Below, in pieces: positions 8,672 to 16,321 of a stretch of DNA of 57,320 nt (position 1 is the stretch's first letter; each line of letters opens with the position of its first letter). Made by a program: the position numbers and the translations under genes. The notes under the pieces were generated by a model. That model worked only from the letters and a program-made list of their open reading frames with translations. It had not been told where the DNA came from and ran no database searches. The stretch comes from a virus. Where the stretch lies: positions 1 through 57,320 of the IMG/VR virus record IMGVR_UViG_3300012165_000001, one strand, 5' to 3'.

Positions 8672-8716
8672 GGGTTTCCCGTGGCTGGTCAAGCAGCGGG
8701 ATTCCCTTTATTTATT
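8672..8716 (+). terminator. Plus-strand intrinsic terminator closing a ~75-nt transcription unit
   Basis: GGGTTTCCCG pairs with CGGGATTCCC (2x2 internal mismatch), followed by TTTATTTATT. Confidence 0.45.
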
Positions 8717-8859
8717 GCGATAAACCGATTGCTAGACAAAAGAGTATTTCAATGTAAATCAAGCCCATCAGTAATATTGGAATTATGTGTTTCATGGCTC
8801 ACCTCATTGTGGTTAATGTCGATTTTTGGTATAATCTCCCTATGAGGGGAGGTGAAATA

Positions 8860-9048
8860 ATGGATTTTGATAAAATCAAGGAATCTGTTTTAGCCCTAAT
8901 TTCACAGAGCCATAAAATCGATAATGAAAAATTTAGTGACCCGCAATTAAAGATGCTAGACTTTTGCAGAAAACAAGCATTAGAAGTTACAATTGCTTGC
9001 CTGCGTCAATATCATGAACAGGCTGAGCAAGATGACAATCGCCCATAG
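8860..9048 (+). CDS. Hypothetical protein on the plus strand within the minus-strand early region
   Basis: Extended -10 TGGTATAAT upstream; GAGGGGAGGTG RBS before the ATG at 8860. Confidence 0.5.
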   Translation: MDFDKIKESVLALISQSHKIDNEKFSDPQLKMLDFCRKQALEVTIACLRQYHEQAEQDDNRP

Positions 9049-9172
9049 GCTCAAATATCTTTGCGTAATATTCATCAATCTGTTCCTGCGTCAAGTTTAC
9101 ATCCTGCCGCTCTTGTACCGCTAATACAAGAGCGGCGATCTCTTTGGGTTCTGCTTCGATAATGATTTTCAT
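8987..9172 (-). CDS. Hypothetical small protein
   Basis: GGGAGGGAG RBS; its 3' end overlaps the convergent gene 8860-9048 by 62 nt. Confidence 0.5.
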   Translation of the reverse strand: MKIIIEAEPKEIAALVLAVQERQDVNLTQEQIDEYYAKIFEPMGDCHLAQPVHDIDAGKQL

Positions 9173-9205
9173 ATGTACTCCCTCCCGCCGCCTGGGCGGC
9201 TTTAA

Positions 9206-9658
9206 TTAACTGGCCTCGCCTAACGCCGAATCGATAGCCTTGAAAACTTCCGCAAGCTGTTCCAGCCCTGCATATTTCCGCTTGTAAGCCTGTAAGTCTC
9301 GCAAGGCTTTACGGTACATTTCGTCGCTGTATTCTTTGGTCCTTACAACCACGCTGACCGGCTTATAATCGTTTTGGATGCTCACAAATGCCCGCACCGG
9401 CTCCGTGATTTCCTCGTCATTGACAGTGACGGTAACAATATTTCTGATAAGCTCCTGTGCCTGCGTTTCCCGATATCGTTCAGCGGCGCTTTCGTTGTTC
9501 CACTCAAAACAGTTATGTAAAACAGCATCTTCGGAACGGCTTTCATCCACAACAGCGTCCGGCGTGAGGGAGTGGCGGGCTTGGGTGATTCTTTCCAATT
9601 CCTCACCCGCCGTTTGTGCGTCAATTTTGTATAGCGGTAATTTCCATTGATATATCAT
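9206..9658 (-). CDS. Conserved phage protein of unknown function (start moved to the ATG at 9658)
   Basis: AGGAG RBS before MIYQWKLPLY. The N-terminal extension in the ORF track lies in the low-complexity repeat. Confidence 0.6.
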   Translation of the reverse strand: MIYQWKLPLYKIDAQTAGEELERITQARHSLTPDAVVDESRSEDAVLHNCFEWNNESAAERYRETQAQELIRNIVTVTVNDEEITEPVRAFVSIQNDYKPVSVVVRTKEYSDEMYRKALRDLQAYKRKYAGLEQLAEVFKAIDSALGEAS

Positions 9659-9684
9659 GTGATTTCTCCTTTCGTAAAATCCGT

Positions 9685-10054
9685 GCCTGCCATACCATGC
9701 CTCGCCCGGCCCTGCCCTGCCTCGCCTCGCCATGCCTGCCTTATCGTGACACGCCGTACCAATCCCCGCCTCGCCTAGCCTGCCGCACCTTATCACATCC
9801 CGCCGTACCACGTCCTAACATGCCGCGCCCAACCTTGCCTGCCTTGCCAAAACATTCCGGAACTAAACACACCAAAGCCCACCTCGCCGTGCCTGCCTCG
9901 ACACGCCTTGCACCGCCATAACGCATCTCGCCCAGCCTAGCCTTGCCTGCCTCGCCAGACCTTACCACGCCGGGCCATTCCGTACCGTACCACGCCATGC
10001 CTGCCGCACCCTAACAAGCCTAGCCTCTCCGCACAATACCCCGCCTCACCTGCC
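9685..10054. repeat. C-rich (plus strand), G-poor degenerate tandem repeat array; each unit starts with GCCTGCC
   Basis: GCCTGCC occurs at 9685, 9734, 9778, 9837, 9891, 9945 and 9999 (CCTGCC at 10049). Four consecutive spacings are exactly 54 nt. 9721-9780 holds 29 C against 11 G by hand count. Confidence 0.8.
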
Positions 10055-10058
10055 GCGA

Positions 10059-10691
10059 TTATCCAACGTGATACATGCCAAATGTGCCGCCCTTTTCGGC
10101 TCTCCATTCACCAATGCCACAAGCGAAACCACCAAGATTGAATAGATTCACAATTTGCTCTGCGGATATTGCGGATGCATTATATTTCACGCCGACTTCT
10201 GCGCTCCACTCCTTAAACTCTCCGCGATAACGAATGTCAACTGTCATTCCGATACGCACCATATCCTCACACATTTCGGGAATCCCATTGATTTCAACAA
10301 ATTCATTGTCAATGTGGAAAGCGGCGTATGTACTTACCTTGTCTTTGGTAACTCCGCTACGATACCCGGCAGATACGGCGGAAGCCTTGAATGCAACGGA
10401 TGGAAAGCCAAAGGTTGCGCCATTCTTGATTGCCTCCGCGAATCCTTCCTCGGTTTTTTCCTTTGGTTCATGGGAAAGCCAATAAATGCTGTCAATAAAA
10501 TCAGCGACCGGAACCTTTGCATCCTTACCTTTTTTGGCCTTTTTCATATGCTTGTCAAGAATTTCCTTCTTAGCCTTTTCACTCCACTTATGCATGATAA
10601 GCGGGGAATCTCCAACGATTTTCAACGCAAGCCTTTGAATGTCGATTGCCGGAATGATGATTTCTTTTGTTTCCGCTGTTTTCGTTGCCAT
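10059..10691 (-). CDS. Conserved phage early protein, function unknown (start moved to the ATG at 10691)
   Basis: AAGGAGG RBS before MATKTAETKE; first gene after the Cro-like gene. Confidence 0.55.
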   Translation of the reverse strand: MATKTAETKEIIIPAIDIQRLALKIVGDSPLIMHKWSEKAKKEILDKHMKKAKKGKDAKVPVADFIDSIYWLSHEPKEKTEEGFAEAIKNGATFGFPSVAFKASAVSAGYRSGVTKDKVSTYAAFHIDNEFVEINGIPEMCEDMVRIGMTVDIRYRGEFKEWSAEVGVKYNASAISAEQIVNLFNLGGFACGIGEWRAEKGGTFGMYHVG

Positions 10692-10806
10692 TAATAAATC
10701 CTCCTTGTAATTGCACAAGGAACGTGATATAATTTAGTCAGGCTCCTTGTGAGTGTTTATATATCCTCTACTTTGCTTTGGACGGCGTGGGTAGAGGGTA
10801 TTTCTT

Positions 10807-11037
10807 TTAGCTGGCCCTATTATCTACTTTAGGTAGAGTATCAGGCAAAAAAATATAATCCATAGGGATTCCGGACAATTCCCCGATCTGTCTAAGATAC
10901 CGTGACTCTGGAGATGTTTTCCCGCTTTCCCAATTCTTAATCGTGCTTGTATGTACGCCTAATTTTGACGCCAATTCTGCTTGTGTAAGTTTGGCGTTCA
11001 CTCTGGCAGCTGCTAAACTAATATGAAGTTTCTCCAT
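10807..11037 (-). CDS. Cro-like XRE-family HTH regulator
   Basis: LTQAELASKLGVHTSTIKNWESGKTSP is a classic HTH_3 motif. Divergent from the cI-like gene. Confidence 0.8.
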   Translation of the reverse strand: MEKLHISLAAARVNAKLTQAELASKLGVHTSTIKNWESGKTSPESRYLRQIGELSGIPMDYIFLPDTLPKVDNRAS

Positions 11038-11056
11038 ATTTTCACCTCCTGCGTAT

Positions 11057-11144
11057 ACTCTACCACAAGTAGATTGCCATGTCAAGACTAAAAGTAGATT
11101 TTTTTATGCTATCTGTTGACAAACTTCTACTTTTGGTGTAATGT
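11057..11144. promoter_or_regulatory. Genetic switch: back-to-back divergent promoters with three AAGTAGA operator copies
   Basis: Minus strand: TTGACA (11085-11080), 17 nt, TAGAGT (11062-11057). Plus strand: TTGACA (11116-11121), 17 nt, TAATGT (11139-11144). AAGTAGA at 11068 and 11092 (+) and 11125-11131 (inverted). Confidence 0.7.
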
Positions 11145-11165
11145 ATGATTAAGGAGGTGAATAAA

Positions 11166-11510
11166 GTGTCTAATGAAAAGTTGATATTCTCTAAAATGCT
11201 CAACTACTATATGAATAAAAACGGAAAGACGCAAGTTGATTTAATCAATGATCTTGGAATAAACAAGTCCACAATATCAACTTGGTGTAATGGCACAAAG
11301 ATGCCTCGAATGGGAACAATTCAAACACTGGCTGATTATTTCGGTATTATGAAAAGTGATTTAATAGAAGAAAAGCCCGCCACCATTGAAGATGACGGGC
11401 TTTCGGGCCAAGAAAAGCAATTATCAGAATTATTTAAGAATTTGAATGAGGATAATCGGGATATATTACTTGATCTTGCTGCCTCATTAAAGCGCAAGCA
11501 AAATCAATAA
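11166..11510 (+). CDS. cI-like XRE-family repressor (GTG start at 11166; ATG at 11145 is the alternative)
   Basis: KTQVDLINDLGINKSTISTWCNGTKMP HTH; AAGGAGG lies 8 nt before the GTG. Confidence 0.8.
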   Translation: MSNEKLIFSKMLNYYMNKNGKTQVDLINDLGINKSTISTWCNGTKMPRMGTIQTLADYFGIMKSDLIEEKPATIEDDGLSGQEKQLSELFKNLNEDNRDILLDLAASLKRKQNQ

Positions 11511-11667
11511 GTACCTGCTTGTCGGCGCTGGATAGACATTTAGCGATTTTCATGAGTTTGGAATGCTTGTCTTTTTTCTCCGCATTTCCTCCGCGCCGTA
11601 CCAAGGACTCCGCTTCATTTAAAGCAGAGGCCGCCGGGGAGTGCGTGATCGTTCTTACGTCATTCAT
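11434..11667 (-). CDS. Possible small protein convergent with, and overlapping, the 3' end of the cI-like gene
   Basis: Open frame with a weak purine-rich RBS. Its C-terminus is antisense to the cI C-terminus. Confidence 0.3.
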   Translation of the reverse strand: MNDVRTITHSPAASALNEAESLVRRGGNAEKKDKHSKLMKIAKCLSSADKQVLIDFACALMRQQDQVIYPDYPHSNS

Positions 11668-11977
11668 GTTGTCCACTTCTTTCTTTTTATGTGCAATCGC
11701 GGTCGTTGCCCAACATCAGACTTTATTTACACTTTATCATTTTTGTATTGTAAATATTGTCATATATTGGAAATACTATGGATAAAATGTTGGAACCACC
11801 AGAGGAACATAAAGAGTGATATTTTCTAAGATTTCCCATAAGTAAATCATAAAACAAATGTTCTTAAAGATCAATCCGCAGAATAACCAAATCGCAAGTA
11901 ACATTTGCATGTTCTTTTTATGTGGCAATTGCATTTTTTGGAGAAGTTGAAAACCATTGACGTGGGGAGGGGTAGGC

Positions 11978-13084
11978 ATGGGGCGTAAAGCAAATGGCGA
12001 GGGAACCATAACGAAGTTACCCAGCGGCAAATACCGGCTGCGCACCGTAGACGAGATCGACGGCGTAACCGTCCGCAAATCTTTTACCGCATCGTCGCCT
12101 ACGGCCTGTAGGAAGGCCCACAAGGAATGGCTTGCCTCCGATAATAAGGTGCCCATAGAGCGCGTGAAGACGGTGGGGGAGTGGGCCGAACATTGGCTGG
12201 AAGTGTATCTAAAGCCGAACGTATCATACAGCACCCATAAAGATTACAGCATGTATGTGAATAATCACATTATCCCAGCCATCGGCAAACTCAAGCTGGC
12301 CGAAGTGAAGCCGGCCCATATCGCCAAACTATATGCAAATGCCCGGAATCGCTACGGAAAAGAGCTGTCTCGGCAAGCAAAAGGAAATATCATGATTTGT
12401 CTGAATGGGATTTTCAATACAGCGATAGACAACTATTTATGCCACAAGAACCCTGCCACCAACATTCAGTTGCCGGATAAAGCGCCCAGCCAGATTAAGG
12501 CGTTCAGCCGGACTCAAATTGCATACATCGTGGATTACCTGGATAAGCATGAGCACGGCCCGCTGATTGCATTTCTACTTTATACCGGCCTGCGTATCGG
12601 TGAATTTCTGTCCCTTATGTGGTCCGATATCGACACAGAAAACAAAACCCTCCACATTCACCGCACACTCACAAAAAGCGAGCATGGCGAGATTGTGAAG
12701 GATGCCACCAAGACGAAGCATGACCGGATTGTGACGTATGATGAAGCATTGGAAAGGCACCTTAATGTGTTGCCGCGTGTTGGGTTGTATGTTATTTGCA
12801 GGAAGGACGGAAATCATCACACGCACCGGACGTATGAGCGATTATATAAAATGTTCTTTGAGGATTTAAATGTCTACTTGGAAAGCGAGGGCGCGGATGC
12901 CATCCCTTATATGTCGCCCCACAAATGCCGTCACACCTTTGCCACCTATATGCTCCGGTCCGGTGCTGACATTCGAGCTATTCAAACACTGCTAGGACAC
13001 GCCACTTTAAAGACCACGGAAATCTATACCGAGGTGGATGTTGACGACCTAAAAAACAACGTCAAAAAACTCAACTTTAAATAA
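11978..13084 (+). CDS. int: Tyrosine integrase
   Basis: N-terminal [22 protein letters not shown]-terminal [39 protein letters not shown] carries the R..H-x-x-R..Y catalytic pattern. Confidence 0.92.
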   Translation: MGRKANGEGTITKLPSGKYRLRTVDEIDGVTVRKSFTASSPTACRKAHKEWLASDNKVPIERVKTVGEWAEHWLEVYLKPNVSYSTHKDYSMYVNNHIIPAIGKLKLAEVKPAHIAKLYANARNRYGKELSRQAKGNIMICLNGIFNTAIDNYLCHKNPATNIQLPDKAPSQIKAFSRTQIAYIVDYLDKHEHGPLIAFLLYTGLRIGEFLSLMWSDIDTENKTLHIHRTLTKSEHGEIVKDATKTKHDRIVTYDEALERHLNVLPRVGLYVICRKDGNHHTHRTYERLYKMFFEDLNVYLESEGADAIPYMSPHKCRHTFATYMLRSGADIRAIQTLLGHATLKTTEIYTEVDVDDLKNNVKKLNFK

Positions 13085-13085
13085 T

Positions 13086-13315
13086 TACTGGACACAATTG
13101 GACACGAACAGCCAAAACGGAAGTTAGCCAAAAGAAAAAACCGCATAAACATCGCGTTTACACGGTTTCTCTATGGAGCGGGTTACGAGGCTCGAATTAG
13201 TAACTTGCCATACATAGAGAAGCCAGAAACCGCTTGTTATCGTGGTTTTTGGCTTTTAAATTTCTTGAAAAATCCTGAAATTTCTACGCTACTGGACACG
13301 AATTGGACACGAAAC
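13086..13315. other. Putative attP: a 23-nt tRNA-Gly 3'-end mimic (13174-13196, reverse orientation) flanked by duplicated TGGACAC arm-type repeats
   Basis: TGGAGCGGGTTACGAGGCTCGAA is the reverse complement of TTCGAGCCTCGTAACCCGCTCCA (T-loop, T-stem, acceptor, U73, CCA). TACTGGACACAATTGGACACGAA at 13086 and TACTGGACACGAATTGGACACGAA at 13290. Confidence 0.55.
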
Positions 13316-13318
13316 CGC

Positions 13319-13444
13319 TCACAGATCAAGGCCGGTGTCCTCCACCTTTTCCATTTCGCTGCCGCATACCATACAAACATAGCAGTTGTCCGGTTCTTCC
13401 CGCCAAGGCTCAAGTTCCCGTCCACAATTAGGGCATTTATACAT
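13319..13444 (-). CDS. 41-aa zinc-ribbon micro-protein (MYKCPNCGRELEPWREEPDNCYVCMVCGSEMEKVEDTGLDL), not in the ORF track
   Basis: CPNC...CMVC pairs; its ATG lies inside the stop region of the upstream gene. Confidence 0.4.
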   Translation of the reverse strand: MYKCPNCGRELEPWREEPDNCYVCMVCGSEMEKVEDTGLDL

Positions 13445-14069
13445 TGTTTTCGTCCTTCACGTATTCCATAATGTCGCCGGGTTGGCAATTTGATTGTTTT
13501 ATCGGCACTAAATTATAGGTATTATCAATTCCGCCGCAAGATTCTAAGTGGAAGCCCTCTCTTTCCATTAAGCGTTCGGGGCCAATATTGGCCGGAAATT
13601 GCTCTAATATTACAGCGTGGAATTTACGACCAGACAAAACGGCGTCAACTAATTTTTGATTAATGAATCCATTGATTCCATCGACTAAAGCAATTTTCAT
13701 ATGTGTTTTATGAGATAATAAGCGTTGTCTTAGATGCATAGTAGAGCAAATATATTTTTTTCCTTCATCATCAATTAAAGCATAGATGGCGGGGCCGTCA
13801 TAATCTTCTGGGATATCACAGAGAATCTGCATAGTCTTTAGCTTTTCTCTTCTTTCTCGACTTTGAATGCGTATACTTTCCTTCTTGTCTCGATTCATGG
13901 TTTCATTAATTGCGCGATTAACAAAGCCATTAAAGCTTTCGCCGTATTCTTGCGCATGAGTGGATACTATATTCTTTTTGCCTTTTTCCATGCGGATCAC
14001 GGGCTTGTCGTACTTTTTTGCCTCATATTTGGCCGTTGCTCTTTTTTGGGCCTCGCTAATTGGTGACAT
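13437..14069 (-). CDS. Ribbon-helix-helix (Arc/CopG-like) N-terminal domain fused to a GIY-YIG nuclease-like domain
   Basis: Start moved to the ATG at 14069 (GGGGGA RBS). The N-terminus SEAQKRATAKYEAKKYDKPVIRMEKGKK..FVNRAINE is RHH-like. IYALIDDEGKKYICSTMHLRQRLLSH is GIY-YIG-like. Confidence 0.55.
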   Translation of the reverse strand: MSPISEAQKRATAKYEAKKYDKPVIRMEKGKKNIVSTHAQEYGESFNGFVNRAINETMNRDKKESIRIQSRERREKLKTMQILCDIPEDYDGPAIYALIDDEGKKYICSTMHLRQRLLSHKTHMKIALVDGINGFINQKLVDAVLSGRKFHAVILEQFPANIGPERLMEREGFHLESCGGIDNTYNLVPIKQSNCQPGDIMEYVKDENNV

Positions 14070-14170
14070 TGTTTTCGTCCCCCTTTCATTCTTATTATAG
14101 CACATAAATATAATGCAGTCGATATACATAATTACCAAATATATAGTGCTATCTTTATATATCCCTCTAA

Positions 14171-14199
14171 TAGACATTATAGCGCAGTCGTGATAAAAT
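14171..14199 (+). promoter_or_regulatory. Promoter for the plus-strand small-gene module
   Basis: TAGACA, 17 nt, TAAAAT with TG at the extended -10 position. Repeated TTATAGC(A/G)CA and GCAGTCG motifs nearby. Confidence 0.45.
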
Positions 14200-14254
14200 A
14201 TAACCAAGAGATAAGACCATAGAGAAAACACAAACGAAACGGGAGGGCATGAAG

Positions 14255-14416
14255 ATGAAGCTTAATACATACTATTTTGAGGTTACGCATAAATCGGGGA
14301 ATGTCACAAGACAGCATTATAACTCCCGAAAACCCGAAACCGCATTAAAAGCTATAAAGCAAATGTTTCAAAAACAGCAAGGATATGTAAGCCATAGATT
14401 AATAGAGACAAGATAA
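14255..14416 (+). CDS. Hypothetical small protein (53 aa), not in the ORF track
   Basis: GGGAGGG RBS 7 nt before the ATG at 14255; MKLNTYYFEVTHKSGNVTRQHYNS... Confidence 0.45.
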   Translation: MKLNTYYFEVTHKSGNVTRQHYNSRKPETALKAIKQMFQKQQGYVSHRLIETR

Positions 14417-14491
14417 TCACAATCTCACGCACACCGCCGCCGGTCGGTCAAAACCGGCACTAACCACCAAAACCAACAGGAGGGAATGGGC

Positions 14492-14758
14492 ATGAATTAC
14501 AGCGAAGCAATCCGCGCATTAAAAATGGAACGAGACACAACGGACGACATACGCGCACGGAATACGTTTTCTGATTTGCTTTATGTCATGTTACGCGCAG
14601 ACACGCAAAAAGTAAAGCGTTGGGCATCCGACATGGAAGGAACAATAGCATACGTCAAAAATGGAAACTACGCCGGAACCTGTGACGATGCGCGACGGAT
14701 TTTGACGCGCCGCAAGCCAGCAACCATCACCAGCGCCGCTTGCTGGGACAGAAAATAG
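14492..14758 (+). CDS. Hypothetical protein
   Basis: AGGAGGG lies 7 nt before the ATG at 14492. Confidence 0.5.
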   Translation: MNYSEAIRALKMERDTTDDIRARNTFSDLLYVMLRADTQKVKRWASDMEGTIAYVKNGNYAGTCDDARRILTRRKPATITSAACWDRK

Positions 14759-14770
14759 GAGGGTATGAGA

Positions 14771-14956
14771 ATGCAGACTATTGAGATTAAGACATTAAAA
14801 GAAGCTAAAGGGATTATGTCGGGGCTTGCGATTCTTCAAGTTGCGCTGGCATTAAACCAAGGCGATACAGTAACGGTTGTTGACGAATACAGGGATATTG
14901 AGTATGTGTTTCGCCCAACCGACACCGAACCCCGGCACCAATCGGGGAATGGTTGA
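14771..14956 (+). CDS. Hypothetical protein
   Basis: AGGAGGG lies 7 nt before the ATG at 14771. Confidence 0.5.
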   Translation: MQTIEIKTLKEAKGIMSGLAILQVALALNQGDTVTVVDEYRDIEYVFRPTDTEPRHQSGNG

Positions 14957-14971
14957 AAGGGGTAAGTGAGG

Positions 14972-15268
14972 ATGGAATATAAGGTAATTGGAAAAACATG
15001 TAATTGCTCTGGCAAGCCAGTAGAATTGATTTTGAGGACTGCGACTGAAAAGGATTTATCTGAATATAGAAAGCAGGGGACTATCCTGCCGAACGATCAA
15101 GCAGTAATGGCCTGCCCTATGTGCGGTGGCTGTACGATTAACTGGTTATTTCTCAATCAAAACGTGAAAACAGCATTATGGGCCTTGTCTGAAAGATATG
15201 CCTTTGAGCCGATAGAGCACCCCGCAAACCCTCACCCCTCCCCATGCGGGAAAGATAGGAGGAATTGA
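14972..15268 (+). CDS. Hypothetical zinc-ribbon protein
   Basis: CNC...CPMCGGC cysteine pairs. Confidence 0.5.
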   Translation: MEYKVIGKTCNCSGKPVELILRTATEKDLSEYRKQGTILPNDQAVMACPMCGGCTINWLFLNQNVKTALWALSERYAFEPIEHPANPHPSPCGKDRRN

Positions 15269-15495
15269 TTGTGATATTGCAAAGCTCCAGAATAGGCGTG
15301 GTTGTTAAAAAGCAAGGCAACAAAATAATTGTCGGAACTAATATAACACTTGTTAAGCCGGGAACAAGTTTTTCTGAGTTGAAAGACAATATGAAGGTTA
15401 CTAATGAGAATGGGGATATCGTGGACCGATGCGGGGACCTGTATTTGTCGGACGAAACAATTGATCCATATCATATTTTGATTGACTGGTTTTAA
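15265..15495 (+). CDS. Hypothetical protein (TTG at 15265 or GTG at 15271)
   Basis: AGGAGGA RBS at 15254-15260. Confidence 0.45.
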   Translation: MIVILQSSRIGVVVKKQGNKIIVGTNITLVKPGTSFSELKDNMKVTNENGDIVDRCGDLYLSDETIDPYHILIDWF

Positions 15496-15518
15496 CCCAA
15501 ATTTGGGAGGGATTGATT

Positions 15519-15686
15519 ATGAAAGAGAATACATATCGCCTTTATTGGCTTGACGGAAAAATTGAAGATATTTGCGGATTTTCCATATCGGATGCATTCA
15601 TGAAAGCCGGTTATGGAAACGGTGCACTACGCGCACTTGATTACTGGAAAGAAATCACGAACGCCCATGGGAGAACGGAGGATTAG
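15519..15686 (+). CDS. Hypothetical small protein (55 aa), not in the ORF track
   Basis: GGGAGGG RBS; MKENTYRLYWLDGKIEDICGFSISDAFMKAGYGNGALRALDYWKEITNAHGRTED. Confidence 0.45.
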   Translation: MKENTYRLYWLDGKIEDICGFSISDAFMKAGYGNGALRALDYWKEITNAHGRTED

Positions 15687-15687
15687 G

Positions 15688-15966
15688 ATGAATTGCGATC
15701 AATGCAAAGAATATGAATTGGATTTTAATTTCTGCCCACATTGCGGAACGCCACTCACGGAACTAAAACCGCTTACATCGGAGCAATTAAAACAGATGGG
15801 CGGCGAACCATACTGGCATGTGTCGTTGCAAGGGAATGGGGATGAATGGCGTATATTGGATAAGCACATTGCCAGAAATCCGGAGGAATATTATTTCGGT
15901 GAATATTGGATTGCATTCGCCCACAAACCCAAAACCCAACCAGCACCAAAGAAAGGCGGGAGATGA
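15688..15966 (+). CDS. Hypothetical zinc-ribbon protein (start moved to the ATG at 15688)
   Basis: MNCDQCKEYELDFNFCPHCG; GGAGGA RBS. Confidence 0.5.
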   Translation: MNCDQCKEYELDFNFCPHCGTPLTELKPLTSEQLKQMGGEPYWHVSLQGNGDEWRILDKHIARNPEEYYFGEYWIAFAHKPKTQPAPKKGGR

Positions 15967-16320
15967 ATGGATAGACTGACATGGAGAAATGAACGCGGGC
16001 AAGCATGTTTCCGCATGGGAGATACTGAATATGTCGGTGGGGAAATCGCGGAAAGGCTTGCCGAATTTGAAGAAGAGGAAGAAAGCGGATTGATTGCGCG
16101 GTTGCCTTGCGGTGTGGGAGAAAAATGCTAGTGTGCTTTTCAACAAGAACAACCGAATGGCAAATCTGCTGATGTGATATATCCGGTCATTCTTATGGGG
16201 TTATGGACTGATATTGATGGTAGCGGCATTTCATCTCGCCATTTTAAGATAGAGCAACTACACCCAACCCCCGAAGCCGCCGAATCAGCCCTCAAAACCA
16301 AATCCACGGGAGGGGATTGA
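15967..16320 (+). pseudogene. DRLT-family phage protein interrupted by one in-frame TAG (16129-16131): either a read-through gene or a nonsense pseudogene
   Basis: Codon-by-codon reading gives MDRLTWRNERG...LPCGVGEKC-TAG-CAFQQEQ...HPTPEAAESALKTKSTGGD-TGA. No RBS or start follows the TAG. Confidence 0.5.
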
Positions 16321-16321
16321 C

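Noticed and set aside
9616-9998. ORFs 9616-9921 (+), 9741-9998 (-) and the N-terminal extension of 9206-9811
   Set aside because: They translate the C-rich/G-rich degenerate repeats (PRP/LP or GEAG/WYG repeats). The region lacks stop codons because of its base composition. A good RBS and ATG at 9658 define the real downstream gene.
11776-12234. 152-aa minus-strand ORF overlapping the integrase 5' region
   Set aside because: It is antisense to the integrase gene and the AT-rich promoter region, and has no RBS.
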